A DNA stretch of 64,000 nt from NCBI GenBank assembly GCA_052140285.1, contig JBKQUF010000006.1, forward strand, positions 1,133 through 65,132. Direction: 5' to 3'. Under the pieces are notes generated by a model. It did no database searches, was not told the origin of the DNA, and saw only the letters and a program-made list of their open reading frames with translations. The translations under genes were made by a program, and so were the position numbers. Position 1 is the first letter of the stretch, and each line of letters opens with the position of its first letter. This document shows, in pieces, positions 53,072-62,204 of this stretch. The DNA comes from Limisphaerales bacterium (GTDB taxonomy: Bacteria; Verrucomicrobiota; Verrucomicrobiia; Limisphaerales; UBA11358).

Positions 53072-54357
53072 AGACCGGTAGGAAAGAAAGGCTTTCTATT
53101 GATGCTGCTGCCCGACAGGAAAACAGTTCGCGTTGGATTGTCTCCCAAGAAGGCTCCCGGCAAACTTATGGCGTGCCTTTGAGTTTCCATCGCTTGGGCA
53201 AATTGCGGCTGATGTACACGGACATCTGGTGCCGATGGGGACGTTCGCTCCTAAGGTGTGGTCCTGCCGGCACGCGGGCCTTGGCGACGCGTTTTCACAA
53301 GGAGATTCCGCCAGAATATGTTGTGTCTTTTAGTCCATTTGCCGCGCTTTGGCGTGCACGCGAGCAATTGCGCCGGCGATTTCCAGACCGGCGCCAGTTG
53401 TCCGACGAATACTGCGCCTTCGGCCGTTGGCTGGCAAGCCGGGTGCGAAATCATCTAAAAAAGATTGAACTGGATCCGGAACGCGACAATTTTTTTGGTT
53501 TTAACTCAAACTGTCTGGAGACATTGGAATTTCTTAAAGAGCGGCAGATTCTTGCTATAATGGACCAGGTTGATCCGGGACGGGTCGAGGAAAACATTGT
53601 GGTGGAAGAGACGGAGCGCTGGCCGGGTTGGGAAGGTATCCGTGGCCGGATGTCCCAGGCTTATTGGGACCGGGTGAAAGCCGAATGGTCGGCGGCTGAC
53701 TTGGTGCTGGTGAACTCGAACTGGTCGCGCGACGCATTATTGCAACAAGGCGTGTCGTTCGGGAAAATCATTGTGGTTCCCCTGGCGATTGATGTGTCGA
53801 TTGATCACGCGCTGGAGCCAGGCAATCCCGAAGGGTCATTGAAAGTGTTGTGGCTGGGCAGTGTGATTCTGCGCAAAGGAATTCAATATCTGGTCGAAGC
53901 CGCGCGCAGGCTGGAACGCCAGAAAGTGGAAATTCTACTGGCTGGACCGCTGGGAATTTCCGAACAAGCCGTCCGGTCTTTTCCCGGCAACATCAAGGTG
54001 CTGGGCCGGGTGACGCGGGATCAACTGAAGATTTACTACCGGCAGTCCCACCTATTTGTGCTGCCGACGCTGTCCGACGGTTTTGCCGTCACCCAACTCG
54101 AAGCGATGGCCCATGGTCTGCCCGTGGTGACGACTCCCAATTGTGGCGAGGTCGTTACTGATGGGATGGATGGCTTCATCGTTCCGGCCCGTGACAGCCA
54201 GGCGTTGGCCGATGCCTTGATGCGGCTGGACGGCGATCGTCCATTACTGCGCGCCATGTCTGCGAATGCCTTGTTGACCGTTCAAAGATATAATCTGCCC
54301 TCCAACGCGATATTGATTGACAATATTGTGTCGAACCAGCGGGCGACCGCAAAGTAA
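53068..54357 (+). CDS. GT4 family glycosyltransferase
   Basis: 'LFVLPTLSDGFAVTQLEAMAHGLPVVTT'. ATGA overlap with the upstream gene. Confidence 0.8.
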   Translation: MKTGRKERLSIDAAARQENSSRWIVSQEGSRQTYGVPLSFHRLGKLRLMYTDIWCRWGRSLLRCGPAGTRALATRFHKEIPPEYVVSFSPFAALWRAREQLRRRFPDRRQLSDEYCAFGRWLASRVRNHLKKIELDPERDNFFGFNSNCLETLEFLKERQILAIMDQVDPGRVEENIVVEETERWPGWEGIRGRMSQAYWDRVKAEWSAADLVLVNSNWSRDALLQQGVSFGKIIVVPLAIDVSIDHALEPGNPEGSLKVLWLGSVILRKGIQYLVEAARRLERQKVEILLAGPLGISEQAVRSFPGNIKVLGRVTRDQLKIYYRQSHLFVLPTLSDGFAVTQLEAMAHGLPVVTTPNCGEVVTDGMDGFIVPARDSQALADALMRLDGDRPLLRAMSANALLTVQRYNLPSNAILIDNIVSNQRATAK

Positions 54358-54396
54358 GCGGCTTCCGCAATCGTGACTGAGCACTAAATATACTCA

Positions 54397-54940
54397 ATGC
54401 ACTATAACGCGGCATATTATGAAGGCCATTATGGCCGGCTGCTGATTGACGACCGGTATTTCAACGTTTAGCGATTTATCTTGGGCGTCTGCCGGAAGAA
54501 AAATGACCGGACTAAATAGTGCGCGGTGGAGTGAGGTCAAGAAGACTCCGGCCCTGGTGTGCGCGGCTGGACATCAGTGGTTACGACTCGGACGGCAGGA
54601 CGTTGCAAGAGTTGCCGACGGCAGCACTGAAGAATGGGACGGAATTCCCGAAAGATTCGCGCATTGAACCCCTGAAACTTCAAATTTTGCAAGTCGTTGA
54701 TAATCAACTGTCCGAATTTCAGGTTCATGGAAGAACAATCCACATGCGACCGTCATGAGCACGGAATGGGTGAATTTCGAGGTGGGCCTGACTGTGAGGG
54801 CTGGAAAAATTCGAACTGGAGATTTTGATTCCGAACGCCTCCATCGCTGGGTCGAAGAGCGCCACGGCTGCTCTGCCGTTTCTAAACAATGGCTTGATTA
54901 TCTGCTGAATCCGCGACAGTTTCTTAACCGCAATGTTTGA
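54397..54940 (+). pseudogene. possible decayed gene (chain of short frame-shifted ORFs)
   Basis: The ATG at 54397 opens 'MHYNAAYYEGHYGRLLIDDRYFNV' and then stops. 79-aa and 61-aa ORFs follow in other frames, joined by ATGA (54755) and ATGTTTGA (54933) overlaps. This is the only large gap in the GT operon. Confidence 0.25.
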
Positions 54941-56315
54941 ACTGGCGATAACCGCTCAAGTCATCGTCTGGCTGGTGATGCTCGGTTTGTTTCTGGCCAG
55001 CGGGCAGGCCTCGCTGTTTCATCCCTCGACCATTTACCTGGCATTCCATGCATTGGTGTTTGTCATCCGGCCAATTTTTGTTTACTATTTTCACTTCGAT
55101 TCTAGCTGGATATACATTGGTTTTCAGCCGCCGGAAGCGGTGATGATTAAAACACTGGCGATTACTTCCGTGGCCTTGATTGTTTTTGTGGGGATGAATC
55201 TCGCGGTGGGGCGTTCGCGGGTTGCTTTTCCGGCCGAAACAGGCGCCTCGTTTTCGTGGCTCCAACGCAGAGCATTGGTTGTGACCACGTGTCTTCTATT
55301 GCCGCTGATGGCCTACTCGATCCGGGAGTCCACGGGCGGCGGCGTAACCGGCGAGCGCGCCGCAAATGGGGTATATATCCTGACCAATTCCACGGGCTAC
55401 ATAACCGACGCTCAATTCATGATTGCCCCGCTGCTTTGCGCCTGGCTTTTGATGACCCGGTTTCATTGGCTGAATTTCGCTCCGGTCATTATCTATGTTG
55501 GTTACCGCTCATGGTGTGGATGGTCACGCTTCACCATAATCACGTTCTTTCTTGCTGTAGTCCTGGCCTATTGCTGGTATCACCGGAAGAAATGGATTCC
55601 TTTTTTGGCCATCGTGCTGGCCATTCCGATTCTCCTATTATTCAACACGCTGGGTCACAACCGTGGTTACTTGCAAAACCGGCTTAAAGGCATTGACGTT
55701 CAGGCCGTGCAGCTTGGCGCCGGCATGTCCCGGCTTGACAAATTCAGGACCCGGGCGGATACCCAGGATTTTGCCAATTTTGATTATCTGACCTTTCTGG
55801 TGGCTCTCGTGCCCGAGCGAACACACACTTATACTTACGGCGTTCAGTATCTCCAGCTCTTCACCGAGCCAATACCGAGAATATTGTGGAAAGGAAAACC
55901 CACCGGGGCGCCAGTCGGAACTTTTAACATAAACGCCTTCGGGAATTTCACCGGTCTGACTTTTAGTTTGCCCGGCGATGGCTGGTGCAGTGGCGGCTGG
56001 GTTGGCCTTGCCATCACCATGGGGATAGCCGGAGCCATTCTGGGATTCTTTCACCGCTGGTTTTGGGGCAATGTGAACAATCCGATGGCGGCGATTTTCT
56101 ATTGTACCGCCATGGCGATGCTTATTCAGTGGTTCCGGGACGGTGGCATTTCCATAGCGAAATTCATGTTGTGGTCATGGCTGCCATTGCTGATCTGGCT
56201 GGGCCTAACTTGGCTGCTGGGTGGAACGTTGGTGCCGGTAAAATTATTCACATTACGCGCCGGTGATCATATGCGTCTGGTTCAGACTAAACGTGAAGGA
56301 ACCAGAACAAATTAA
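54933..56315 (+). CDS. Wzy-like oligosaccharide repeat-unit polymerase / O-antigen-polymerase-like membrane protein
   Basis: 460 aa with about 10 or more TM helices and a large loop containing 'PIPRILWKGKPTG'. Context is a GT operon. Confidence 0.55.
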   Translation: MFELAITAQVIVWLVMLGLFLASGQASLFHPSTIYLAFHALVFVIRPIFVYYFHFDSSWIYIGFQPPEAVMIKTLAITSVALIVFVGMNLAVGRSRVAFPAETGASFSWLQRRALVVTTCLLLPLMAYSIRESTGGGVTGERAANGVYILTNSTGYITDAQFMIAPLLCAWLLMTRFHWLNFAPVIIYVGYRSWCGWSRFTIITFFLAVVLAYCWYHRKKWIPFLAIVLAIPILLLFNTLGHNRGYLQNRLKGIDVQAVQLGAGMSRLDKFRTRADTQDFANFDYLTFLVALVPERTHTYTYGVQYLQLFTEPIPRILWKGKPTGAPVGTFNINAFGNFTGLTFSLPGDGWCSGGWVGLAITMGIAGAILGFFHRWFWGNVNNPMAAIFYCTAMAMLIQWFRDGGISIAKFMLWSWLPLLIWLGLTWLLGGTLVPVKLFTLRAGDHMRLVQTKREGTRTN

Positions 56316-57484
56316 TGGTGAAATCAGTTCAAGTTCAAAGAATCCCGACCCCAACCCCGGTGGTTCCAGTGGCAGTTTTTCTACAATGTACCAATCTGGG
56401 CGGGATGGAGCAGGTGGCTTATTCGCTTTTCGAGCAACTTGAGACGCACGGGTTCAGTCTGAAAATCGTCAGCGCCAGAAATTGGGGAACGGGAAAACCG
56501 CGGGTCCGGCGCATTGATCCAGAGGCAGAAGCGTTCAATTACCAAGGCCGGTTTGGCTGGCGCAGTTTTCCAAACTTTAGACGGCAAGCCCAAATGATTG
56601 CCAGATCGAGTGAAGTCGTTTGGGTTATTGGCGCTTGTGCCAGTTGTCTTGCCGCCGCCTTGATGACCGGCCGCAAAGTGTTGTTCAGCCACCACTATCA
56701 CCATTTTGAGAACAGAACCTCCCGGTTGCGATGGATGGCATTTTATCTCGCATTTGGATTCGGACTCGATGCCATCACCTATCCGACTGAGTTCACGCGA
56801 AATGAGGCTTTGAGAATCGCTCCTTGGTTGAAGGCGAAAATGAGTGTGGTGCGGAATGGCTTTGATGTCCATTACACAACTGAGGAGAAACGTCTGGCCG
56901 ACAAACGGGCCGCCCGCGCCGAACTCAAGATGCCTCCGGACGCTTTACTCGTTGGCAACGGAGGATGGTTGATTCAACGTAAACGGTTCGATGTGTTTTT
57001 GCGGACGGCCCAACAAGTGTCCCGCAGGCTGCCGAATGCCCGATTCTACATCTGCGGTGGCGGTCCCGAGGAGGGCAATTTGCGAAATCTGGCACGGGAA
57101 TTGGGGATTGAGGACAAGGTGTGTTTCCAAGGATGGGTTCAAGATATGAGCCTTTACTATCGAGCCTGGGATATTTTATTGTTTAACACGGATTTTGATG
57201 CGCTCGGCAACACCCCCTTGGAAGCGGCTGGTCATGGGTGTTTGTGCGTTGCGTCTTGCGCCTATGGCGGACTCTCCGAATTTATAAAAAATGGCCAGAC
57301 CGGATTTCTGCTGGAAAGGCATAATCCGGAAAAGCTGGCCGAGTCGATCATCTGGCTCACCTTGAACCCTACGTTGGCTTTGGAAATGCGTCGGCACGCG
57401 GTCATGATGCTAAGACAGAAGTTCAGCAATGAAGACGCACTGAAGTTTTATGAAAACTATTTCCAAACCCGCCGGAATGGTTGA
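56315..57484 (+). CDS. GT4 family glycosyltransferase
   Basis: 'LLFNTDFDALGNTPLEAAGHGCLCVAS...GQTGFLL'. TAATG overlap with the upstream gene. Confidence 0.75.
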   Translation: MVKSVQVQRIPTPTPVVPVAVFLQCTNLGGMEQVAYSLFEQLETHGFSLKIVSARNWGTGKPRVRRIDPEAEAFNYQGRFGWRSFPNFRRQAQMIARSSEVVWVIGACASCLAAALMTGRKVLFSHHYHHFENRTSRLRWMAFYLAFGFGLDAITYPTEFTRNEALRIAPWLKAKMSVVRNGFDVHYTTEEKRLADKRAARAELKMPPDALLVGNGGWLIQRKRFDVFLRTAQQVSRRLPNARFYICGGGPEEGNLRNLARELGIEDKVCFQGWVQDMSLYYRAWDILLFNTDFDALGNTPLEAAGHGCLCVASCAYGGLSEFIKNGQTGFLLERHNPEKLAESIIWLTLNPTLALEMRRHAVMMLRQKFSNEDALKFYENYFQTRRNG

Positions 57485-57519
57485 TGAAACTGAAGGTGGA
57501 GACTTGGTTTTAAACAATC

Positions 57520-58794
57520 ATGGCACGGATTATTCTTGTTTGGGGCTTGTGGGGTCCTTATCACTATAGTCGTTTTAAGGCGTTTCGCGACCTTGCCGCA
57601 ACCCCAGGGCATCAAGTGACCGGCGTCTCGCTGTTTTACGGAAGCCGTGACTATCAATGGGATTCCGCGAATTTAAAGGATGGAGTGATTTATTTCGATT
57701 TGGGCAAGGATGAGACAAAATTCCCGCTGGGCAAAATCGGACGTTTGCTTGCAATACCAAGGGAATTGCGAACAGAGGTCGCCTTGTTGCCTTCTTATGA
57801 CCACTGGTCCCTGGCCCTTAATATGGCCACGCGGCTCGCTAAGGGCCGGGTAGTGATGATGAATGACACCCATGCTGGCACTGCCCGCGCTTGCGGATTA
57901 AAGGCGGCATTCAAACAAAGAGTGGTGGCCGGATTTCACGCCGGGTTGGTTGCGGGCGAGCCGCAACGCCGCTATTTTGCTTCCCTGGGGATGCCCGAAA
58001 ACAAGATTTTCACCGGGTACGATGCTGTGGATAACGATTTTTTCGCCCGTCAGGCGGAGGAAGTCAGAAATCAGAAATCAAAAGTCAGAAGTCAGTATCA
58101 ATTACCGGAACATTATTTTTTGAGTTTGGGACGGTTTGTGGCCAAGAAAAATCTGCCCGTTTTGATCCGCGCCTTTCGGCTATTTCTTGATTCCAACCCT
58201 AATTCCCAGGCCCATCTGGTCATGGTCGGTTCGGGAGAAGCAGAACCGCAACTGCGTTCCCTCTGTCAGGAACTTCACCTGCCCATCTACGATAAAACCT
58301 CAGCTCAACTCGAAAATCGAAAATCGGAAATCGAAAACGAGTTGCCTGGCGTGCATTTTTATGGTTTCCGGCAAGCCGATGAAAATCCGGTGTTTTACGC
58401 CCTGGCCGATGCCTTTGTTCTGGCAAGTCTATTCGAAGAATGGGGGTTGGTGGTGAATGAAGCCATGGCTTCGGGGCTTCCCGTGGTGGTCAGCGAAACG
58501 GCGGGATGCGCCGAGGACCTTCTGGAAAGCGGCCAGCCGTCCGTGTTTAATCCCACAATGATTACGGACTTTGATGTTCGCGTTGGAATCATGCGGAACA
58601 TTCGGCAAAACGGATTTGTTTTTGACCCTCGTTCACCCCAGGAACTCGCCGCGATCCTTCAAACGTTGGAATCCCAGTCCGCATTGCGCCAGGCCATGGG
58701 AGAGGCCAGCCCACAAATCGTGGAAAAGTTTTCTTGCGGGCAATTTGCGGAGAATGCCCTGCGCGCGGCCAACGCCGCCTTGGAAGGCCGCTGA
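57520..58794 (+). CDS. GT4 family glycosyltransferase carrying two in-frame heptamer-repeat tracts
   Basis: 'FVLASLFEEWGLVVNEAMASGLPVVVSETAG'. Low-complexity inserts 'EEVRNQKSKVRSQ' and 'LENRKSEIENE'. Confidence 0.8.
   Translation: MARIILVWGLWGPYHYSRFKAFRDLAATPGHQVTGVSLFYGSRDYQWDSANLKDGVIYFDLGKDETKFPLGKIGRLLAIPRELRTEVALLPSYDHWSLALNMATRLAKGRVVMMNDTHAGTARACGLKAAFKQRVVAGFHAGLVAGEPQRRYFASLGMPENKIFTGYDAVDNDFFARQAEEVRNQKSKVRSQYQLPEHYFLSLGRFVAKKNLPVLIRAFRLFLDSNPNSQAHLVMVGSGEAEPQLRSLCQELHLPIYDKTSAQLENRKSEIENELPGVHFYGFRQADENPVFYALADAFVLASLFEEWGLVVNEAMASGLPVVVSETAGCAEDLLESGQPSVFNPTMITDFDVRVGIMRNIRQNGFVFDPRSPQELAAILQTLESQSALRQAMGEASPQIVEKFSCGQFAENALRAANAALEGR
58060..58094. repeat. heptanucleotide tandem repeat (GAAGTCA GAAATCA GAAATCA AAAGTCA GAAGTCA) within a CDS
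   Basis: Read directly. Confidence 0.85.
58311..58338. repeat. heptanucleotide tandem repeat (CGAAAAT CGAAAAT CGGAAAT CGAAAAC) within a CDS
   Basis: Read directly. Confidence 0.85.
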
Positions 58795-58858
58795 CCGCTG
58801 CTGGCCAACCGGATTCGATCGGCGGGAAACCATTCTGCAACAGGCTGTTCCAATTGCC

Positions 58859-60118
58859 ATGGAGTCGCCCAATAGTCTTCTTAACCCTTCCATGCGTATC
58901 GGCGTCTTCCATCCCGGAACTCAGCACTCCTGGCAGACCGCGCTGGCCTTTCAAGAAGCAGGAACACTCGGTTGGTATGCCACTTCCGCTTTCTATAATC
59001 CGGCCCGGTGGCCATACAAGTTGGAGCGGTATGTTCCCCGAAAAATGTCCAACCGGTTGAATCGAGAGTTTCGCCGACGCTACAACCCGGCCTTGAATCC
59101 CGCCAACGTCCGACAGTTTGGGTGGTGGGAGTGGTCGGAAGTTTTTTCCCGCCGCCTGGGCTGTTTGCCGTTGGCTAATTATTGCAACGAACGCGGGAAC
59201 CAGGCGTTCGGCAGGCAGATCATTCGGTTGATCGAACGGGAACCCGTGGACCTGCTGTGGGGCTACAACACCTCGTCGCTGGAAGTCTTTCAGTGGGCAA
59301 AAAAAAGAGGCATCCGCTGCGTGTTGGACCAAACCATCGGCCATCCCACGGTTCAAAATCAAGTCATGTTGGAAGAGCAGGAGCGGCATCCGGAGTTTTT
59401 CATCAATTCATATCGTCCTTTTGACCAGGGTTCCATTGACCGGCAAAACGCCGAAATTGCCGCGGCAGACCTGGTGGTGGTCGGCTCCGAATATTGCGCC
59501 CGCACGATGGTGGCCGGCGGTTGCGCCCCCGAAAAAATCCTCGTGGTTAATTATGGTTATGATGAATCTCTCTTTCCCACTCAACAACCCCGGAGACCGG
59601 CGCTGGGAAGCCGCCCTCTTCAGTGCTTTTTTGCCGGGGAAGTCGGGCCGCGCAAGGGCATTGCCTATTTGCTCCAGGCTTTCATGAATATTCCGGCGGA
59701 CCAGGCGGAATTGACCCTCGTTGGAAATCTGGCGGTCCCCAATACCACCTTCAAGAAATATGCGGATCGACTGCGCTACGTGCCCCAGGTGCCGCGCAGT
59801 GAGATTGCCCGCTTTTTTACTGGAGCGGATTGTTTTGTTTTCCCCAGCCTCTTTGAGGGGAGCGCGATAGTACTCTATGAGGCTTGTGGTGCCGGCTTGG
59901 GCATCATTCAATCCGATCGCTGCGGTGACGGCGTGCATCGTGGTCAAAATGGCCATGTTCTTGAGACGATTACCATTCCGGCATTGACCAAAGCTGTGGA
60001 ACAATTGGTCGCCGATCCCAAACTGTGTGAACGCTGGCAGGCGGCTTCCTGGGCGGGGCGGGGGGAGCGTACTTGGGGGAGTTACCGGCAAACCGTTGCC
60101 AAACTGGTGGCTTCCTAG
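58859..60118 (+). CDS. GT4 family glycosyltransferase
   Basis: Start MESPNSLLNPSMRIGVFHPG at 58859. 'CFVFPSLFEGSAIVLYEACGAGLGII'. Confidence 0.75.
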   Translation: MESPNSLLNPSMRIGVFHPGTQHSWQTALAFQEAGTLGWYATSAFYNPARWPYKLERYVPRKMSNRLNREFRRRYNPALNPANVRQFGWWEWSEVFSRRLGCLPLANYCNERGNQAFGRQIIRLIEREPVDLLWGYNTSSLEVFQWAKKRGIRCVLDQTIGHPTVQNQVMLEEQERHPEFFINSYRPFDQGSIDRQNAEIAAADLVVVGSEYCARTMVAGGCAPEKILVVNYGYDESLFPTQQPRRPALGSRPLQCFFAGEVGPRKGIAYLLQAFMNIPADQAELTLVGNLAVPNTTFKKYADRLRYVPQVPRSEIARFFTGADCFVFPSLFEGSAIVLYEACGAGLGIIQSDRCGDGVHRGQNGHVLETITIPALTKAVEQLVADPKLCERWQAASWAGRGERTWGSYRQTVAKLVAS

Positions 60119-60127
60119 AATTACCAC

Positions 60128-61270
60128 GTGCGTCATCTGCATTTTACCCAGTCATTGGAACCACTTCAGGGCGGTGGCTTGGGCACCAGCGCGGTGGCCC
60201 TTCACAGCCAATTCCTCGCTTCTGGAGTGGAATCGTTGCTATGTGCCACCTACGGAAAGACGTCGCAACGGTTGACGGAGAGAAGCCTTGAATTCCGCCG
60301 GATCAAACCGGATTTTCTTTATTATTCGCTGGCATTGAGAAATTCCGCCCGAAAATTGGTGGCGGACGCGGACATTCTCCATGGGCATGGATTGTATGTT
60401 GGAACGAATTACGTGTTTGGCCGGGAGGCCCTGCGGCAGGGGAAGCCGTTGGTTTATCATGCCCACGGCTTTTTTGAACCTTGGATTTTGAACCGCTCCC
60501 GCCGGAAAAAGAAACTGGCCCATTGGCTCTTTGAAGATGCCAATTTTCGGCAGGTGAAACTCTGGCGGGCTTTGACTTCCAAGGAGGCGGATCAAATTCG
60601 CTCTTGCGGCATCAAAGCTCCCATCGTGATTGCGCCAAACGGGTTGCGGCTGGAAGATTATCCTAAACCGGAGAAGCTGGACGAACCCATCGAAACTCCG
60701 ATGATTCAACGCCTTGCCAAAGCCAAGCGCCGTCTGCTGTTTCTTGGGCGAATCCATCCTAAGAAAGGGTTGGACCTTCTCCTGCCTTCCTGGGCCAGTT
60801 TAAGCCACCTTCATAAAAACTGGGAGTTGGTTATTGCCGGACCGGATGAACAGGGCCATTTAAGCGAAGTCAGAAGGTTAGTTCAATCGCTGGGCATTTC
60901 GGAGAAAGTTCGTTTTACTGGTCCGTTGACCGGGCGGGCTAAAAACTTGATGCTTTATTCCGCTGATTTATTTGTGCTGCCTTCGCATTCAGAGGGATTC
61001 TCGATGAGTTTGTTGGAAGCCATGGCTTGTGAGGTTCCGATTGTGGCCACCCGGGCTTGCAATTTTCCCCAAATTACAGCCAGCCAGGCCGGATGGGAAT
61101 GCGAAGGTACCACGGAGTCAATCACCGGCACATTGAAAAATGCGCTGCTGGAAGACGATTTGGCGCGGAAGCAACGAGGTCGAAACGGACGGCAACTCGT
61201 TAAGGAGCATTACTCTTGGCCGGTCATCCTCTCCACATTGTTACAAGCCTGCGACGACCACTGTTCCTAA
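60128..61270 (+). CDS. GT4 family glycosyltransferase
   Basis: 'LFVLPSHSEGFSMSLLEAMACEVPIVAT'. GTG start. Confidence 0.8.
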   Translation: MRHLHFTQSLEPLQGGGLGTSAVALHSQFLASGVESLLCATYGKTSQRLTERSLEFRRIKPDFLYYSLALRNSARKLVADADILHGHGLYVGTNYVFGREALRQGKPLVYHAHGFFEPWILNRSRRKKKLAHWLFEDANFRQVKLWRALTSKEADQIRSCGIKAPIVIAPNGLRLEDYPKPEKLDEPIETPMIQRLAKAKRRLLFLGRIHPKKGLDLLLPSWASLSHLHKNWELVIAGPDEQGHLSEVRRLVQSLGISEKVRFTGPLTGRAKNLMLYSADLFVLPSHSEGFSMSLLEAMACEVPIVATRACNFPQITASQAGWECEGTTESITGTLKNALLEDDLARKQRGRNGRQLVKEHYSWPVILSTLLQACDDHCS

Positions 61271-61320
61271 TCTTTCCTCAGTTACAAATATCGAGGAACC
61301 ATCTATACCACAAATGTTTC

Positions 61321-61454
61321 TAAATTGACACCCGACCTTCATGTTGGCGTAACGATTTGGATTTAGCTTTTGCAAAATGATCAAGTCGATGCCAACTGAT
61401 GCATTCATTGCGCCGGAGATGACTGCCGACAAGTGTCTGCGATTGCGAGTTAGA
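61321..61454 (+). repeat. 134-bp direct repeat, copy 1 (leader + first ~23 codons of the WcaF-like gene)
   Basis: Aligns with 62067..62204. The first ~45 bp are almost identical (aaatgtttctaaattgRcacccgaccttcatgttggcgtaac). Confidence 0.85.
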
Positions 61455-62078
61455 AATGATCTTTTCGATGCCTCAAAGGGATTGGATCGGGGGCGGCCTT
61501 TTCTTGTGGAAGCACTCTGGTATCTGACGAAGTGCCTTCTCTTTCTCAATCCTCTGCCGGTGCCTTCACGTTTCAAATGCGAAGTCCTTCGATGGTTCGG
61601 CGCGCGCGTCGGCAAGGGTGTCGTGATCAAGCCGAGGGTCAACATTCATTTGCCTTGGAAGCTGGCCATCGGTGATTTTTCCTGGATTGGCGAGGAGGTG
61701 TTCATTTTGAGTTTTGAGCCGATTAGCATTGGCGCTCACTGTTGCATTTCCCAACGTGCCTTTCTTTGCGCCGGCGACCATGACTATCACCAGCCAGACA
61801 TGCGGTATCGCAATCAACCGATTACAGTTGAAGATGGCGCTTGGGTCGGAGCACAGGTGTTTGTGGCTCCCGGAGTCACCATCGGCGCCGAGGCGGTTAT
61901 CACCGCCGGTTCGGTGGTCACAAAAGATCAGCCCGAAAGCATGGTCTGCGGTGGCAATCCTTGTGTGGCCATTAAGCCTCGGTGGCTCTGGCAAACCAAA
62001 CCCAACGAATTCGGGCCGAGACAAGATATTGCCCCATTACAAACGTCAGGGAACCACACCAACGGTAAATGTTTCTAA
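61377..62078 (+). CDS. WcaF-like hexapeptide-repeat O-acetyltransferase
   Basis: 'LRWFGARVGKGVVIKPRVNIHLPWKLAIGDFSWIGEEV...IGAHCCISQRAFLCAGDHD...GAWVGAQVFVAPGVTIG' aligns well with E. coli WcaF as recalled. Carries an extra N-terminal segment of about 25 aa. Confidence 0.8.
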   Translation: MIKSMPTDAFIAPEMTADKCLRLRVRNDLFDASKGLDRGRPFLVEALWYLTKCLLFLNPLPVPSRFKCEVLRWFGARVGKGVVIKPRVNIHLPWKLAIGDFSWIGEEVFILSFEPISIGAHCCISQRAFLCAGDHDYHQPDMRYRNQPITVEDGAWVGAQVFVAPGVTIGAEAVITAGSVVTKDQPESMVCGGNPCVAIKPRWLWQTKPNEFGPRQDIAPLQTSGNHTNGKCF

Positions 62079-62204
62079 ATTGGCACCCGACCTTCATGTT
62101 GGCGTAACCATTTAGATTCACCTTTTGTGCAGGAGATGATTAAACCGATGTCAACTGATGCCCTTGTGCTGCCAGAGATGATCGCCGACAAGCGTCTGCG
62201 ATTG
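62067..62204 (+). repeat. 134-bp direct repeat, copy 2 (leader + first ~23 codons of the next gene)
   Basis: See 61321..61454. Confidence 0.85.
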
